Positions 37,757 to 48,280 of a stretch of DNA of 64,000 nucleotides are shown here, piece by piece (position 1 is the first letter of the stretch; every line of letters starts with the position of its first letter). The position numbers and the translations under genes are program-made. A model generated the notes under the pieces. It saw nothing but the letters and a program-made list of their open reading frames with translations. It was not told the DNA's origin and ran no database searches. Location of the stretch: positions 128,001-192,000 of the forward strand of contig CAXXVZ010000005.1 in NCBI GenBank assembly GCA_963678065.2. Reading direction: 5' to 3'. This stretch comes from Treponemataceae bacterium (lineage in GTDB: Bacteria; Spirochaetota; Spirochaetia; Treponematales; Rectinemataceae).

Positions 37757-39442
37757 TCAGCCCCGGGATTCGTGCACGGAGCGGGCTATGGGCATGCGCC
37801 GGCCGAGGCCGAAGGCCCGGCGCGACACTTTGAGGACGGGCGCCGCCTGTCTGCGCTTGTATTCGGCCTTCGCCGTCATGGTGATCACCCTCTCCACGAG
37901 GGCTCGATCGTGGCCTCTCGCGACGATTTCGGCGCAGGAAAGCTCCTCCTCGATGTACAGTTCCAGGATGGTGTCGAGGATATCGTAGGGGGGCAGGCTG
38001 TCCTGATCCTTCTGGTCATGGCGAAGTTCGGCGCTCGGCGCCTTGGTCAGGATGGGCTCGGGAATGACCGATCTCCCTCCGTAGCGCGACGCGAGTTTTT
38101 TGTTCAGGTAGCGGGAGAGCTCGTAGACTTCCGTCTTGAGGAGGTCTCCGATCGGGGCGAGGGCTCCGCACATGTCGCCGTACAGGGTGCAGTAGCCGAC
38201 GGCGATCTCGCTCTTGTTGCCTGTCGTGAGCACCATGCCGCCGAACTTGTTGGACCACGACATGAGAATGGCCCCCCTGATGCGCGCCTGGAGGTTCTCC
38301 TCGGCGAGGCCGAAGGGGATTCCCTCGAAACGGGGCTCGAGAAGTTCGAGGTAGGCGGTGAAGGGGCCTTCTATGGGAAGGGTGACGAGCCTGATGCCCG
38401 CTATCCTGCACAGCTCCTCCGAGTCCGAGATGGAGCCGTCGCTCGAAAAGCGGGAAGGCATGGCGATGCAGGTGACGTTTTCCGCCCCGATCGCCTCGGC
38501 GGCCAGCACGGCCACGAGGGCGGAATCGATGCCTCCCGAGAGTCCGAGACAGGCTTTGGAGAATCCGCATTTCCCCATGTAATCGCGGATTCCGATGACG
38601 AGGGCTGTTCCGATCTCCTCCATGCGCGCCTCGGGCTCCGCTTCCGGCCCGGGCTCGGAGGCGAGTTCCGCGGTGTCGACCACGAGGAGTTCCTCGCCCC
38701 ATCCGGCCATGCGGCGGAGCCTGCCCGAGGAGTCCAGCGCGAAGGATCTGCCGTCGAAAATGAGCGAATCGTTCGCACCCGTCATGTTGCAGTACAGGAC
38801 CGGAATGCCACCTTCCCTGGCGGCCTTGGCCGCGAGCCTCTGCCGGGTTTCCATCTTCCCCGAAACGAAGGGGGAGGCGGAGGGCACTATGAGGAGGTCG
38901 GCGCCGGCGTCGAGAAGCTCCTTCACCGGATCGATGCTGTATTTGAAATCCCGCGAGGGCGGAGCCTCCCACCAGATGTCCTCACAGATGGCGAAGCCGA
39001 TGTTTTCGCCGGCGAGTTCGAACACTTTCCGCTCACGGGCCGGCTCGAAATACCTCGCCTCGTCGAAGACGTCGTAGGTGGGAAGAAGGGTCTTTGCCTG
39101 GGAGAACACGATCCTGCCATCTTTGATGACGGTCATGGCATTGACGAGTGAACGGCCCGGACCTCTCCGGTTTTTGTCCACATGGCCGACCGCGACAGCC
39201 ACATCCACGGGAAGCGAGCGCTGCAACAGGCGCAAGGCCGAGAGGCATCCGGCGACAAAAGACTCCTGCTCGAGCAGGTCGAGAGGAGGATAGCCGCAGA
39301 GACAGAGCTCCGGAAAGACGACGAGATCGGGTCGCCGCACGGATGGAGCGGAAGAGGCCTCTTCCACGAAGGACTGTATCCGTTTCCTGTTGCCGTCGAA
39401 ATCGCCGATGACGGAGTTTATCTGCGCGAGCGCTATGTTCAT
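37757..39442 (-). CDS. nadE: Glutamine-dependent NAD+ synthetase
   Basis: Nitrilase-like domain (FPEL, K, ICED) plus LSGGIDS, ENLQARIRG, TGNKSE, PSAEL. Confidence 0.95.
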   Translation of the reverse strand: MNIALAQINSVIGDFDGNRKRIQSFVEEASSAPSVRRPDLVVFPELCLCGYPPLDLLEQESFVAGCLSALRLLQRSLPVDVAVAVGHVDKNRRGPGRSLVNAMTVIKDGRIVFSQAKTLLPTYDVFDEARYFEPARERKVFELAGENIGFAICEDIWWEAPPSRDFKYSIDPVKELLDAGADLLIVPSASPFVSGKMETRQRLAAKAAREGGIPVLYCNMTGANDSLIFDGRSFALDSSGRLRRMAGWGEELLVVDTAELASEPGPEAEPEARMEEIGTALVIGIRDYMGKCGFSKACLGLSGGIDSALVAVLAAEAIGAENVTCIAMPSRFSSDGSISDSEELCRIAGIRLVTLPIEGPFTAYLELLEPRFEGIPFGLAEENLQARIRGAILMSWSNKFGGMVLTTGNKSEIAVGYCTLYGDMCGALAPIGDLLKTEVYELSRYLNKKLASRYGGRSVIPEPILTKAPSAELRHDQKDQDSLPPYDILDTILELYIEEELSCAEIVARGHDRALVERVITMTAKAEYKRRQAAPVLKVSRRAFGLGRRMPIARSVHESRG

Positions 39443-39470
39443 GCTATACCTCCAGACGTGACCGGGAATC

Positions 39471-40475
39471 TCAGCCCTTTATCTTTTTCCTGAGCTTGCG
39501 CCCCTTCAACGGCTGCGCCGTCGCGGCGGCGAGCTGCAGCTGTCGCTTCCGGAGTACGGCTATCATTGCCCAGCCTCCTATAATCATAAAAAGGCAGAGA
39601 AGCTGCCCCATCGAAAAATTGAAGGGCGTCACGAAGCGGGAAGTCGGGGCAGAGGGATCTCCCAGCTTGATGATGTATCCGAGCGAAGCGTCAGGCTCCC
39701 TGAAATACTCGATGAAAAACCTCACGACCCCATACCCGATCGCGTACATTCCGACGGAGTAGCCGGGGAAAGGCTTCCTTTTCCGGACGATGAACCAGAG
39801 AAAAACCCAGAGGAGGAGCCCCTCGAAGAGGGCTTCGTAGAGCTGGGAAGGGTGGCGCGGGAGGTTGATCATGTCGTTGAGTGAGGACATGGGGATGCCC
39901 ACCTTTATCGCCAGTTCCTGAACCCAGAGATCCCTCGCGGGGAAGGAAGGCGCATAGGGGAAGACTATTCCCCAGCGCATGTGGGTCACCTTGCCCCAGA
40001 GCTCGCCGTTGATGAAATTGCCGAGTCTTCCGAAGGTGTAGCCGAGAGGGGCGCCGACGGCCACCGTATCGGCCAGGAGAAGCCAGCTCTCGCCCTTGAC
40101 CTTGCACCAGACGAGAGTGGCGACGATGAGGCCGACGAAACCGCCGTGGAAGGACATGCCCTGGAAACCGACAAAGCGGCCCGACTCGTCGAAGGGCCAG
40201 AAGATGAACCAGGGCTTGCGCCAATAGAAATCGGTGGGTTCGTAGATGAGTGTGCCGGCGAGCCTTCCCCCGAGGAGAATTCCCGCGATACCCCAGAAGA
40301 ACACGTTCGTCATGTCATCGTCGGTCATTTTCAGGCCGATGCGCCGCGATTCCTTGCGGAGGAGCACCCACGCGCAGGCGAAGGCGAGGACATACATGAG
40401 GCCATACCAGCGGAATGGCAGGCCGGGGATGATCTCCGGCTTGAGCCATGCAGGAAAATCCAGATACGCTTTCAT
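39471..40475 (-). CDS. lgt: Prolipoprotein diacylglyceryl transferase
   Basis: RWYGLMY, GMSFHGG, GRLGNFINGELWG, HPSQLYE, EYFREPD. Confidence 0.96.
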   Translation of the reverse strand: MKAYLDFPAWLKPEIIPGLPFRWYGLMYVLAFACAWVLLRKESRRIGLKMTDDDMTNVFFWGIAGILLGGRLAGTLIYEPTDFYWRKPWFIFWPFDESGRFVGFQGMSFHGGFVGLIVATLVWCKVKGESWLLLADTVAVGAPLGYTFGRLGNFINGELWGKVTHMRWGIVFPYAPSFPARDLWVQELAIKVGIPMSSLNDMINLPRHPSQLYEALFEGLLLWVFLWFIVRKRKPFPGYSVGMYAIGYGVVRFFIEYFREPDASLGYIIKLGDPSAPTSRFVTPFNFSMGQLLCLFMIIGGWAMIAVLRKRQLQLAAATAQPLKGRKLRKKIKG

Positions 40476-40915
40476 TGCGACTCCTTGGTGGAGGTGTCGG
40501 TTTCCGTCTCACTGGTTTCCGCCACGTTTCCGGAAACGAGGAGGCAGGCCGTACTGAAGAGGTCCAAAAGGACTACCGCGAATCCCGCGAACAGGGCGGA
40601 ACGCGGAATCATGAAGCCGCCTCGCCCCGTCCGCGCGGCGACGAACAGGGACAGGGCCAGAAAGGCGCCAGGAATCACGAGAGCCGCCTTCCCCGCCAGC
40701 AGCAGGGACCTGAACCGCGCGTAGCGCGGCTGGTCGAGCCAGAGGAAGAAAAAGCCGGCGGCAAACAGGAGCTGCGGCAGGCAGGCGTAGCGAAAAAGCG
40801 CATTTCCCGCGATGCCGGCGGCCGGAAACCCGAGCGCCGAAGCCAGGAAAATTACAATGAAATAACGGATAGTTTCCGTTATGGACGCTGCCAGGAACCT
40901 CGTTTTTTTCCTCAT
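40472..40915 (-). CDS. Hypothetical membrane protein (about 4 TM)
   Basis: MRKKTRFL... hydrophobic segments; ATGA overlap with lgt. Confidence 0.6.
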   Translation of the reverse strand: MRKKTRFLAASITETIRYFIVIFLASALGFPAAGIAGNALFRYACLPQLLFAAGFFFLWLDQPRYARFRSLLLAGKAALVIPGAFLALSLFVAARTGRGGFMIPRSALFAGFAVVLLDLFSTACLLVSGNVAETSETETDTSTKESQ

Positions 40916-41035
40916 GATGCTCCGGCAGTCTAGTTTCAGGCCCCGTCCACAGTCAAGGCAGTGAACTGCCTCATCAATTTTCCACCCCCGGGGAGAGTTG
41001 ACAGCGTGGCTCGGTAAAACGATATTCTCTATACA

Positions 41036-42655
41036 ATGAAACCGAACAGCACTCCGGGCAAGCACCGGGCCGCGTGGACCGCCGTCGCGGCATGCATGAT
41101 CTTCGCCTCTGCATTTTCCCTTTCCTCCACTCCACTTTTCGCGCAGGCCCAGGACAGCGTGTCCGCCGACGCGAAATCCTATATACAGCTTTTCCAGAGC
41201 ATCTATCAGTTCATACTTCGGAATTACGTCGACGAACCGGATCCCCGGAAGCTGTACGAGGGTGCCATGAAGGGGATGTTCGACGCGCTGGGCGACCCGC
41301 ATTCCATGTTCCTCGACAAGGACATGATGTCCGACCTCACCGAGACGGTGGACGGCAGCTACGCGGGCATCGGACTGTACATCTCCAAGCAGGCGCCCGA
41401 TTCATCCCTGCCGCCCGACGCTCCCCGCTACATCGAGGTCGTATCCCCCATAGAGGACACTCCCGGATGGAAGGCCGGGATACAGCCCGGGGACCTCCTC
41501 ATCAAGATCGACGGGGAGACCACTGCCCCCCTCACTACCGACCAGGCTTCCAAACGCATCAGGGGAGCGGCCGGCACCAACGTGACTCTGACCATCAGGC
41601 GCGGCCAGAGCGTCGAGTTCGATATCGTGGCGACAAGGGCCATCATCCAGCTGCCGACGGTCAAAGAGGCTCTCATCCCGTATAAAGGGAAGACCTACGC
41701 CTACATCAGAATCATCGACTGGGTCCCGCAGACCATGGACAGGATGAAGGAGGCCCTCGCCTCCATCGGCGCAGTCCCGCACGACGGACTCGTCGTCGAT
41801 GTGCGCAGCAACCCGGGCGGCCTCCTCCGCTCCGTCATCGACGTCTCCGACCTCTTCCTCTCGTCGGGCGTCATCGTCTCGACGCGGGGGAGAAACCAGT
41901 CGGAGAACTCCGAATACAAGGCCGATCCAGAGCTCTCCTACCCCGCGGACAAGCCCATGGTCATCCTCATAAACAAAGGATCGGCATCGGCCTCCGAAAT
42001 ATTCGCCGGAGCGCTCAAGGACCACAAGCGCGCCCTCCTCCTCGGCGAGAAGAGTTACGGCAAGGGCTCGGTCCAGCAGATTTTCCCCCTGACGGACACC
42101 GGTTTCAAGCTCACGATGGCCCGCTACTACACGCCGAGCGGTGAAAACATCGACAAGACCGGCATCCCGCCCGACCGCGAGCTGAAGGAAGCCGAGCTCA
42201 CGGAAGCCCAGCTCGCCACCTTCGAGAAGCTCTATGAGTCGGGCAAGATCCCCGAGTTTGCCCGCAAGCATCCCGACGCGACCAACGAGGAGAAGACCGC
42301 CTTCGCCGACTCCCTCTCCTCGGGCCCCTATCCCCTCCCCGGGAAGGTGGTCCGCCGCATGGTCAGGGACGAGTTCAACAGGACGGCGAAAGCGCCCGTA
42401 TATGACCTCGAGTTCGACAGTCAGCTTTCGGGCGCGCTCGACCTCCTCGCCGATCCGGGTTTCGGCAAGCTGCTGGACGAATCGAAATCCGTGAAGGAGC
42501 TTGTCCTCGCGGCGCGCGCGGACAAGGCTTCTTCGGGCGCCCTTGCTGCGGGAAAAAGTACCGCGACGACTCCGGCTTCACTCGCGCCTACCACACCCGC
42601 GACGGACAGCGTCCCCGCAAAAAGGATCGTTCCGCCCGATCGGGACGGAAAGTAG
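41036..42655 (+). CDS. ctpA: C-terminal processing protease, S41A family
   Basis: PDZ (GIGL), DVRSNPGG, SASASEI, SYGKGSVQ. Confidence 0.93.
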   Translation: MKPNSTPGKHRAAWTAVAACMIFASAFSLSSTPLFAQAQDSVSADAKSYIQLFQSIYQFILRNYVDEPDPRKLYEGAMKGMFDALGDPHSMFLDKDMMSDLTETVDGSYAGIGLYISKQAPDSSLPPDAPRYIEVVSPIEDTPGWKAGIQPGDLLIKIDGETTAPLTTDQASKRIRGAAGTNVTLTIRRGQSVEFDIVATRAIIQLPTVKEALIPYKGKTYAYIRIIDWVPQTMDRMKEALASIGAVPHDGLVVDVRSNPGGLLRSVIDVSDLFLSSGVIVSTRGRNQSENSEYKADPELSYPADKPMVILINKGSASASEIFAGALKDHKRALLLGEKSYGKGSVQQIFPLTDTGFKLTMARYYTPSGENIDKTGIPPDRELKEAELTEAQLATFEKLYESGKIPEFARKHPDATNEEKTAFADSLSSGPYPLPGKVVRRMVRDEFNRTAKAPVYDLEFDSQLSGALDLLADPGFGKLLDESKSVKELVLAARADKASSGALAAGKSTATTPASLAPTTPATDSVPAKRIVPPDRDGK

Positions 42656-42711
42656 CCGGCCGGCATCGCCCGCCACCTGTAAGCCGTGGAAGCCCCAGGC
42701 ATGAGAACGAT

Positions 42712-43608
42712 ATGAGACGGTTCATGCTGCCGCCCGACCGGAAGCCCGGTCCGGCCTGCGAAATCAGGGGTGAACGGGCCCACTATCTCACGCGCGTGCT
42801 GAGGCTGGATGTCGGGGACTCCTTCCCCGCCATGGATTCCGGGGCGTGCTTGTACGATTGTTCCATCCTCGAGAGCTCTCCCGGCAGGGTTCTCCTCTCG
42901 GTACAGAAGGCGGCAGGCAGACCGGAACAGCCGACCGGCGTAGGGAACCCTTTCTGCCAGCCTCAGGAGGCTAGAGTGGGCTCGCCTTTGAAGGCCTCCT
43001 CGGGTGACTATCCGGAACATATTTCCGTCGCAGGTTCCGCCAGCCCGGACCTCTCCGGGCCCCGGATCGTCCTCGTACAGGCCCTGCCCAAGGCGGGCAA
43101 GATGGACCTCATCGTGCGGCAGGCGACGGAAGCGGGAGTATCCCTCGTCCTCCCTGTCCTGTCCCGGCACTGCGTCTCCCGCCCCGAACCTGGCAAGGAT
43201 CGTGCTTCCAGGCGGGAGCGCTGGGAACGCGTCGCCAGAGAAGCCCTGCAGCAGTCCGGCTCCGGCATTCCGACGAGCGTTCACGACATCGTCGATCTGC
43301 GCGAACTCCCGGCCCTCCTCGACAGTCTCTGCACTCCCGCCGGGGAAAGACTCTGCCTGCTCCTCCACGAGGCGCCTCTTGATTCGGCCAGCCTTCATGG
43401 GTATCTTGGCTCGATCCCGGAAACCATCGTCCTGTGCATAGGCCCGGAGGGGGGCTTTTCTCCGGAGGAGAGGTCCTTTCTTCTGGATGGCGGATTCCGG
43501 GTCATGCATCTCAGGGCAGCCGTGCTCAGGACCGAAACGGCAGCACTCTACGCCGTCGCGGCGGTCCAGACAATCATTTCGGAGCGATCAGCATGGAAGC
43601 CAGCCTGA
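42712..43608 (+). CDS. rsmE: 16S rRNA m3U1498 methyltransferase
   Basis: HY..RVLRL, K..KMD....ATE.GV, EALQQS, IGPEGGFS, LRTETA. Confidence 0.93.
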   Translation: MRRFMLPPDRKPGPACEIRGERAHYLTRVLRLDVGDSFPAMDSGACLYDCSILESSPGRVLLSVQKAAGRPEQPTGVGNPFCQPQEARVGSPLKASSGDYPEHISVAGSASPDLSGPRIVLVQALPKAGKMDLIVRQATEAGVSLVLPVLSRHCVSRPEPGKDRASRRERWERVAREALQQSGSGIPTSVHDIVDLRELPALLDSLCTPAGERLCLLLHEAPLDSASLHGYLGSIPETIVLCIGPEGGFSPEERSFLLDGGFRVMHLRAAVLRTETAALYAVAAVQTIISERSAWKPA

Positions 43609-44315
43609 AGCGGCGATCGGAACTGTCCGGGATTCCCCTCGATGCCTTCGATGAAGGTTCACTGGAGGCTTTTGTCGAATCCTGCATGGACGGGAAAAAC
43701 CACCAGATCATCCTCCTCGGCCTCGGAGACCTCGTCCGCGCCCGCGCGCAGGGAGAATACCGGACCATGGTCCAGGGAGCCGACCTGGTCCTTCCTCTGT
43801 CGCCATCCATCCCCTGCGCCGCGCGCCGCTTCGGGATCGAGGACCTGCCCGTCCACGATTCCTTCACCTTCGTCATCAAACTCCTCTCCGCGCTCGAGTC
43901 CAAGGGCAGGTCGGTCTTCCTCGCCGGAGGGAGCAAAAAGCTCCTCGCGAAGGCGGAGCGGAACCTCTTGTCGACCTTTCCTGGACTCAGGCTCGTAGGC
44001 CGCCACTCGGGCGGGTATCCAAAATCCGCCAACGCGCCGCTTATGGAGGCGATCCGGAAGGCCACTCCTACCCTCATCCTCGTCGGGCCTGGTGTTCCCG
44101 GCGCAGAGGCCTGGATACCGGCGACCATGCCGCGCATCAACAGCGGCATCTTCCTCTGGTGCCCCGACATCTTCACAACCCTCGCCACGGGTCGCAGGCG
44201 GAGACCACAGCCATCCCACAGGGAGGCGGGAGCCCGCTCTCCCTCCGCTCCCCTGGCAGCGCGGCTCGCCGGATTCATCGCCTCGGTCAGGTTGAAGTCA
44301 GAGGCAAATACATAA
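43593..44315 (+). CDS. WecB/TagA/CpsF-like protein (divergent)
   Basis: ADLVLP, SVFLAGG, FPGLRLVG, I....PTLILVG; lacks the canonical C-terminal motifs. Confidence 0.65.
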   Translation: MEASLKRRSELSGIPLDAFDEGSLEAFVESCMDGKNHQIILLGLGDLVRARAQGEYRTMVQGADLVLPLSPSIPCAARRFGIEDLPVHDSFTFVIKLLSALESKGRSVFLAGGSKKLLAKAERNLLSTFPGLRLVGRHSGGYPKSANAPLMEAIRKATPTLILVGPGVPGAEAWIPATMPRINSGIFLWCPDIFTTLATGRRRRPQPSHREAGARSPSAPLAARLAGFIASVRLKSEANT

Positions 44316-44395
44316 TTTAATTTTACGCAATAAATTATGTATTTTTGAGCTGTTTCGGTCGACAGCAAATTAACAACATGTTATAAAGATCAGCT

Positions 44396-45520
44396 ATGTC
44401 GGGAATCCTGTACCTCAATCCTAACTACCTTTCCGCAGACAGGGTCTGGCATTCCCTCTGGAAAGAATTCGATATATCGCTCTGCACGAACTACCGGGAG
44501 GCCCACAAGTGGGTGCGGGATCTCGATCCTTACGTGCTGCTCGTGAGCTACGACCCGCTGTGGCCAGGACTCGCCGACATGCTCGGCAGTTTCCTCGAGG
44601 AAGATGACCGGCACCGACTGATCACCATCCATGGAGAGGGTGAAGCGGAGTGCACAAGGGAATCAATACGGAGATCCATCGGCCGCGATGGCCGCGCGGC
44701 GCGCATCATCCATGTCGACGACGACATATCTTCCATCCGGCAGGCCTTGCTCTCCCTCAAGTATTCCCAGGAGCGAGGGCCAGCGGTTGCGGTCCTCCAA
44801 GGCGTGTCCAAGGCCATCCGCACTGTCAACGAAACTCTCGAAAAATACGCGCCGAGTGAGTTCCCGGTCCTCATCAGGGGAGAAAGCGGCACGGGCAAGG
44901 AACTGGCGGCGCGCAGGATACACGAAGCTTCACCGCGCAGACAGGTCGAAATGATCGCCCTCGACTGCGGAGCGCTGCCGGAGCACCTTACGGAGTCCAT
45001 GCTGTTCGGCTCGGAAAAGGGAGCTTTCACCGACGCCGTAGAGCAGCGCGGGGCACTGGAAGAGGCCGCTGGAGGCACACTCTTTCTCGACGAGATAGGC
45101 AACCTCTCCCTGCCGGGACAGTGCAAGCTCCTCCGGGTCCTCGAGTCCGGAGATTATCGCAGGCTCGGAGGAAAAAAGACCCGGAGGGCGGAGTTCCGTC
45201 TGGTTTCAGCTACATCTCTCGACATCCGGAAAGCCATCCACGCGGGGGGCTTCCGGAACGATCTCTATCACAGGGTCAACACCCTCATCCTGGACATACC
45301 GCCCCTGCGCTCCAGACCCGAGGACATCGAGCCTCTCGCTGTCCTCATGTGCCTCGAACATTCCGGCGGAGCCTGCATCCCCGGCCGGGAGGCGATCGAC
45401 AAACTTCTCTCCCACGACTGGCCGGGGAATGTGCGGGAACTGAGGAACACCATCCAGAGGGCCATCGTGCTCAGCGGCTACAAGGGCGAACTCGGCGGGG
45501 ACGAAATCATCTTCTCCTGA
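44396..45520 (+). CDS. Sigma54-interaction-domain AAA+ protein without a C-terminal HTH
   Basis: GESGTGKE, GAFTDA, LFLDEIG, FRNDLYHR, WPGNVREL; ends about 20 aa after this motif. Confidence 0.85.
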   Translation: MSGILYLNPNYLSADRVWHSLWKEFDISLCTNYREAHKWVRDLDPYVLLVSYDPLWPGLADMLGSFLEEDDRHRLITIHGEGEAECTRESIRRSIGRDGRAARIIHVDDDISSIRQALLSLKYSQERGPAVAVLQGVSKAIRTVNETLEKYAPSEFPVLIRGESGTGKELAARRIHEASPRRQVEMIALDCGALPEHLTESMLFGSEKGAFTDAVEQRGALEEAAGGTLFLDEIGNLSLPGQCKLLRVLESGDYRRLGGKKTRRAEFRLVSATSLDIRKAIHAGGFRNDLYHRVNTLILDIPPLRSRPEDIEPLAVLMCLEHSGGACIPGREAIDKLLSHDWPGNVRELRNTIQRAIVLSGYKGELGGDEIIFS

Positions 45521-46254
45521 TCCCCGGCCGCGGCGAGAGTCTTCCGGGCCAGGGAACTCATCTTGTGGAAAAGAGCCTCGAAATAGCGCAGCTCGGAGGT
45601 GGTCATCCCGGCCCGCTCGACGGTGTCCCTGAGAAAGTTCCGGCACTGGGCTCCGTCCGTGATCTTGAAGAAGCCAAGCGAGGCGAGGCTCGATCCGATC
45701 CTCGCGACCGAGGCGTCGGTCTCGGAGCGGGAGACAGGGAGCGCAGAGCCATCCTTCGTCCCTATGGCGGCTCTACGTATCTCGTGGCAGGCGATCTGGA
45801 CAGCCTGGGAAAGGTTGAGCGAGGGAAAGGCCTCGGATGTAGGGATGTGGACGGCGAGAGAGCACAGATCGAGTTCTTCGCCGGAGAGCCCGCTCTTTTC
45901 GTTCCCGAAAACGAGGGCCACCGATCCCTGCCGGCCCGATTCCCGCCCCGCAAAGTCCGTGACGGAGAGAGAAAAGGCCTTCCGCCCCGCTCCCCTCCTT
46001 CGGGTGAATCCGGCGCTCTCGCCGAAGCCGGCCAGGGCGGAGGCGAGATCGGAGAAGCGGACCGCGTTCTCATAGAGGTCGAAGGCGTGGACAGCCATGG
46101 TCCTGATCCTGGCTTCGTCGAAGGAGGGGCAGGCGGCGAGGATCAGCCGCGTGAGTCCCATCGTTTTCATGGCGCGGCAGACGGAGCCCACATTGCCGCC
46201 CTCCTCTGTCCTGCACAGGATAACGGCGAATCGCGAAAGATCGGGTTCGGGCAT
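45478..46254 (-). CDS. TrmJ/TrmH-family SPOUT RNA methyltransferase
   Basis: GNVGSVCRAMKTMG, VFGNE.SGL, SLNLSQAV; convergent overlap with the upstream gene. Confidence 0.9.
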   Translation of the reverse strand: MPEPDLSRFAVILCRTEEGGNVGSVCRAMKTMGLTRLILAACPSFDEARIRTMAVHAFDLYENAVRFSDLASALAGFGESAGFTRRRGAGRKAFSLSVTDFAGRESGRQGSVALVFGNEKSGLSGEELDLCSLAVHIPTSEAFPSLNLSQAVQIACHEIRRAAIGTKDGSALPVSRSETDASVARIGSSLASLGFFKITDGAQCRNFLRDTVERAGMTTSELRYFEALFHKMSSLARKTLAAAGDQEKMISSPPSSPL

Positions 46255-46354
46255 GATTACCTCCGGGCTGGCGAACCCGTTCATCCTGAATATTTATAAG
46301 GCAATCCGGAATCTTGCGGGCACTGGAAAGCAAAGGTATACTTGGATGGTGATT

Positions 46355-47107
46355 ATGGCAAGATCAGGCTCCTCCTCTTCCCTTCCACCCCGGAGGAGGG
46401 CTCTTGTCGTGGGAGGCTCCGGCGGCATAGGCCGCGAAGCGGCCTTCGAACTTGCGTCGCGGGGCATAGAGCTCGTCATCCACGGCGGACACTCGGCAGG
46501 GCGACTCGCCCAGACCATCGAGGCCCTCCGCGCGGAGGGAGGCCGGGCAGAAGGATTTCTCCTCGACATCGAAAAACCGCGGGACTTCGTCGACAGACTT
46601 CCCGAGTTCGGCCTCATCGACATACTCGTCGTCGCCTTCGGTCCTTTCCTGCGCAAAAGTCTTGCCACGACCAGCCCCTCCGACTGGGAGAAACTCGCCC
46701 TCCTCGATCTCGCCCTGCCGGGAGCCCTCGTCTCGCACTGTCTGCCGGCGATGAAAGAGGCCGGCTGGGGCAGGATACTCCTGTTCGGCGGCACGCGGAC
46801 CGACTCGATCCGCGCCTATTCGTCCAACGCGGCCTACGCCGCGGCCAAGACGGGACTGGCCGTGCTGACCAAATCTGCGGCTGCGGAAGGCGCGCCTTAC
46901 GGAATAGGCTGCATCCAGGTCTGTCCCGGACTCGTGGACACCGAGTATCTCGACGACGTCACGAAGAGCGAGCTCGCCGCGAAAGCTCCCGGCGGGGAAC
47001 TCATCGATCCGCGGCATCTCGTTTCCCAGGCCATCGCCCTCCTCCTCGCCGAACCATGCACCGCCTCAGGCGCGGTCATCGCGATGGACGCGGGTCTGGT
47101 CCTTTAG
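46355..47107 (+). CDS. Short-chain dehydrogenase/reductase
   Basis: GGSGGIG, YAAAK, CPG.VDT; start uncertain. Confidence 0.88.
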   Translation: MARSGSSSSLPPRRRALVVGGSGGIGREAAFELASRGIELVIHGGHSAGRLAQTIEALRAEGGRAEGFLLDIEKPRDFVDRLPEFGLIDILVVAFGPFLRKSLATTSPSDWEKLALLDLALPGALVSHCLPAMKEAGWGRILLFGGTRTDSIRAYSSNAAYAAAKTGLAVLTKSAAAEGAPYGIGCIQVCPGLVDTEYLDDVTKSELAAKAPGGELIDPRHLVSQAIALLLAEPCTASGAVIAMDAGLVL

Positions 47108-47312
47108 CAGAGCGCCCAAAAAACGCGAAGGAGGTTTTCCGCGGACCCTTTTGAGCCGCCGACCGCGTTCGGGCTGTCGATCCGCGCAGTCGACAGTTTG
47201 ACAGCGCATCGGGCCGACCGTTACTATAGTCGAAGACTCTCGAGGAAACTCGTGTCATGCCGGCGGCGGCCCCCTTCAGGGAACTGCGTCCGCCGGATGA
47301 AAAGGAAGGGAG

Positions 47313-47885
47313 ATGCTCCCGATCGCGGACAATCCATCGTCGCCGCCTCCGGATACTGGACTCTCTGCGGACATTCTTCCCGTGGCGGGATGCCCTTCCT
47401 GCGCCCGGGTAGTGCTCGCGGGCTATCTCGACCTCCACACCATCCCCGCCTTCAAGGATGCCATGGCGGCTGCGCGCACGGAATCCGTGGACAGAGTGAT
47501 CCTGGACTGCCAGGCCTTGAGCTTCATCTCGGCCTCGGGCATCGGAGCCCTCGTCGCCCTGTCCAAGGAGCTCTCCGAACGCTCGGGCGAACTCATTCTC
47601 GCGGGAATTTCCGCAAAAGCATTCAGGATGTTTCAGCTTCTCGGCTTTTCCGAGTATTTCATCCGTGCAAATTCGAGCCTCGCTGCGATAGAATATGTAA
47701 GGACGACCAGCACACGGGGTTTCCCCCGCGCCCAGGCCTGCCCTTCCTGCGGCGCGACACTGACGGTGCCGGCCCCGGGCAGGTACCGGTGTCAGGCTTG
47801 CGGCTTCGACCTGGTCGTCGGACCCGATGCGGCCGCGCCGCCGGGCGCGGGGCACGTGGAACACGATGAAGGAGGAACGCAATGA
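47313..47885 (+). CDS. STAS-domain protein with C-terminal zinc ribbon
   Basis: LAGYLD, VILDCQALSFISASGIG, FQLLGF; CPSC...CQAC. Confidence 0.8.
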   Translation: MLPIADNPSSPPPDTGLSADILPVAGCPSCARVVLAGYLDLHTIPAFKDAMAAARTESVDRVILDCQALSFISASGIGALVALSKELSERSGELILAGISAKAFRMFQLLGFSEYFIRANSSLAAIEYVRTTSTRGFPRAQACPSCGATLTVPAPGRYRCQACGFDLVVGPDAAAPPGAGHVEHDEGGTQ

Positions 47886-48268
47886 ACACTCTCGACAAGA
47901 TCGAAGAGTACTTGATCGATCTGGGCATTTCCTACCAGGAATTATCCCCGACGGCCTGGCTCCTCGAAGATGAAGCGAAAGGTCTTCCCGCGATGGTGGC
48001 TTCGCACGCCGGCCCGGTCGTCATGATCCGGGCGGAAGTGATGAAAGTTCCCCAGTCCGGGAAGGAAGCCCTGTACGCGAAACTCCTCTCGCTCAATTCC
48101 TCGGATCTCCTGCATGGCGCCTACGCCCTTGACGGCGATAAGGTTGTCATACTAGACACTCTGGAGTACGAGGGCATGGACAAATCCGAATTCGGAGCGT
48201 CGCTCGAGGCCATGGGTTTCGCGCTCGAGGAGCATTATCCGGTACTTTCCCGCTTCGAGGAAAAATAG
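47882..48268 (+). CDS. CesT/YbjN-like chaperone-fold protein
   Basis: 128-aa acidic protein with LYAKLLSLN...HGAYAL.GD motif. Confidence 0.6.
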   Translation: MNTLDKIEEYLIDLGISYQELSPTAWLLEDEAKGLPAMVASHAGPVVMIRAEVMKVPQSGKEALYAKLLSLNSSDLLHGAYALDGDKVVILDTLEYEGMDKSEFGASLEAMGFALEEHYPVLSRFEEK

Positions 48269-48280
48269 GAGGATCGATAT

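Noticed and set aside
42905..43060. About 50-aa insertion in RsmE as a possible intein or mobile element
   Set aside because: In-frame low-complexity interdomain linker with no splicing motifs or clear terminal repeats.
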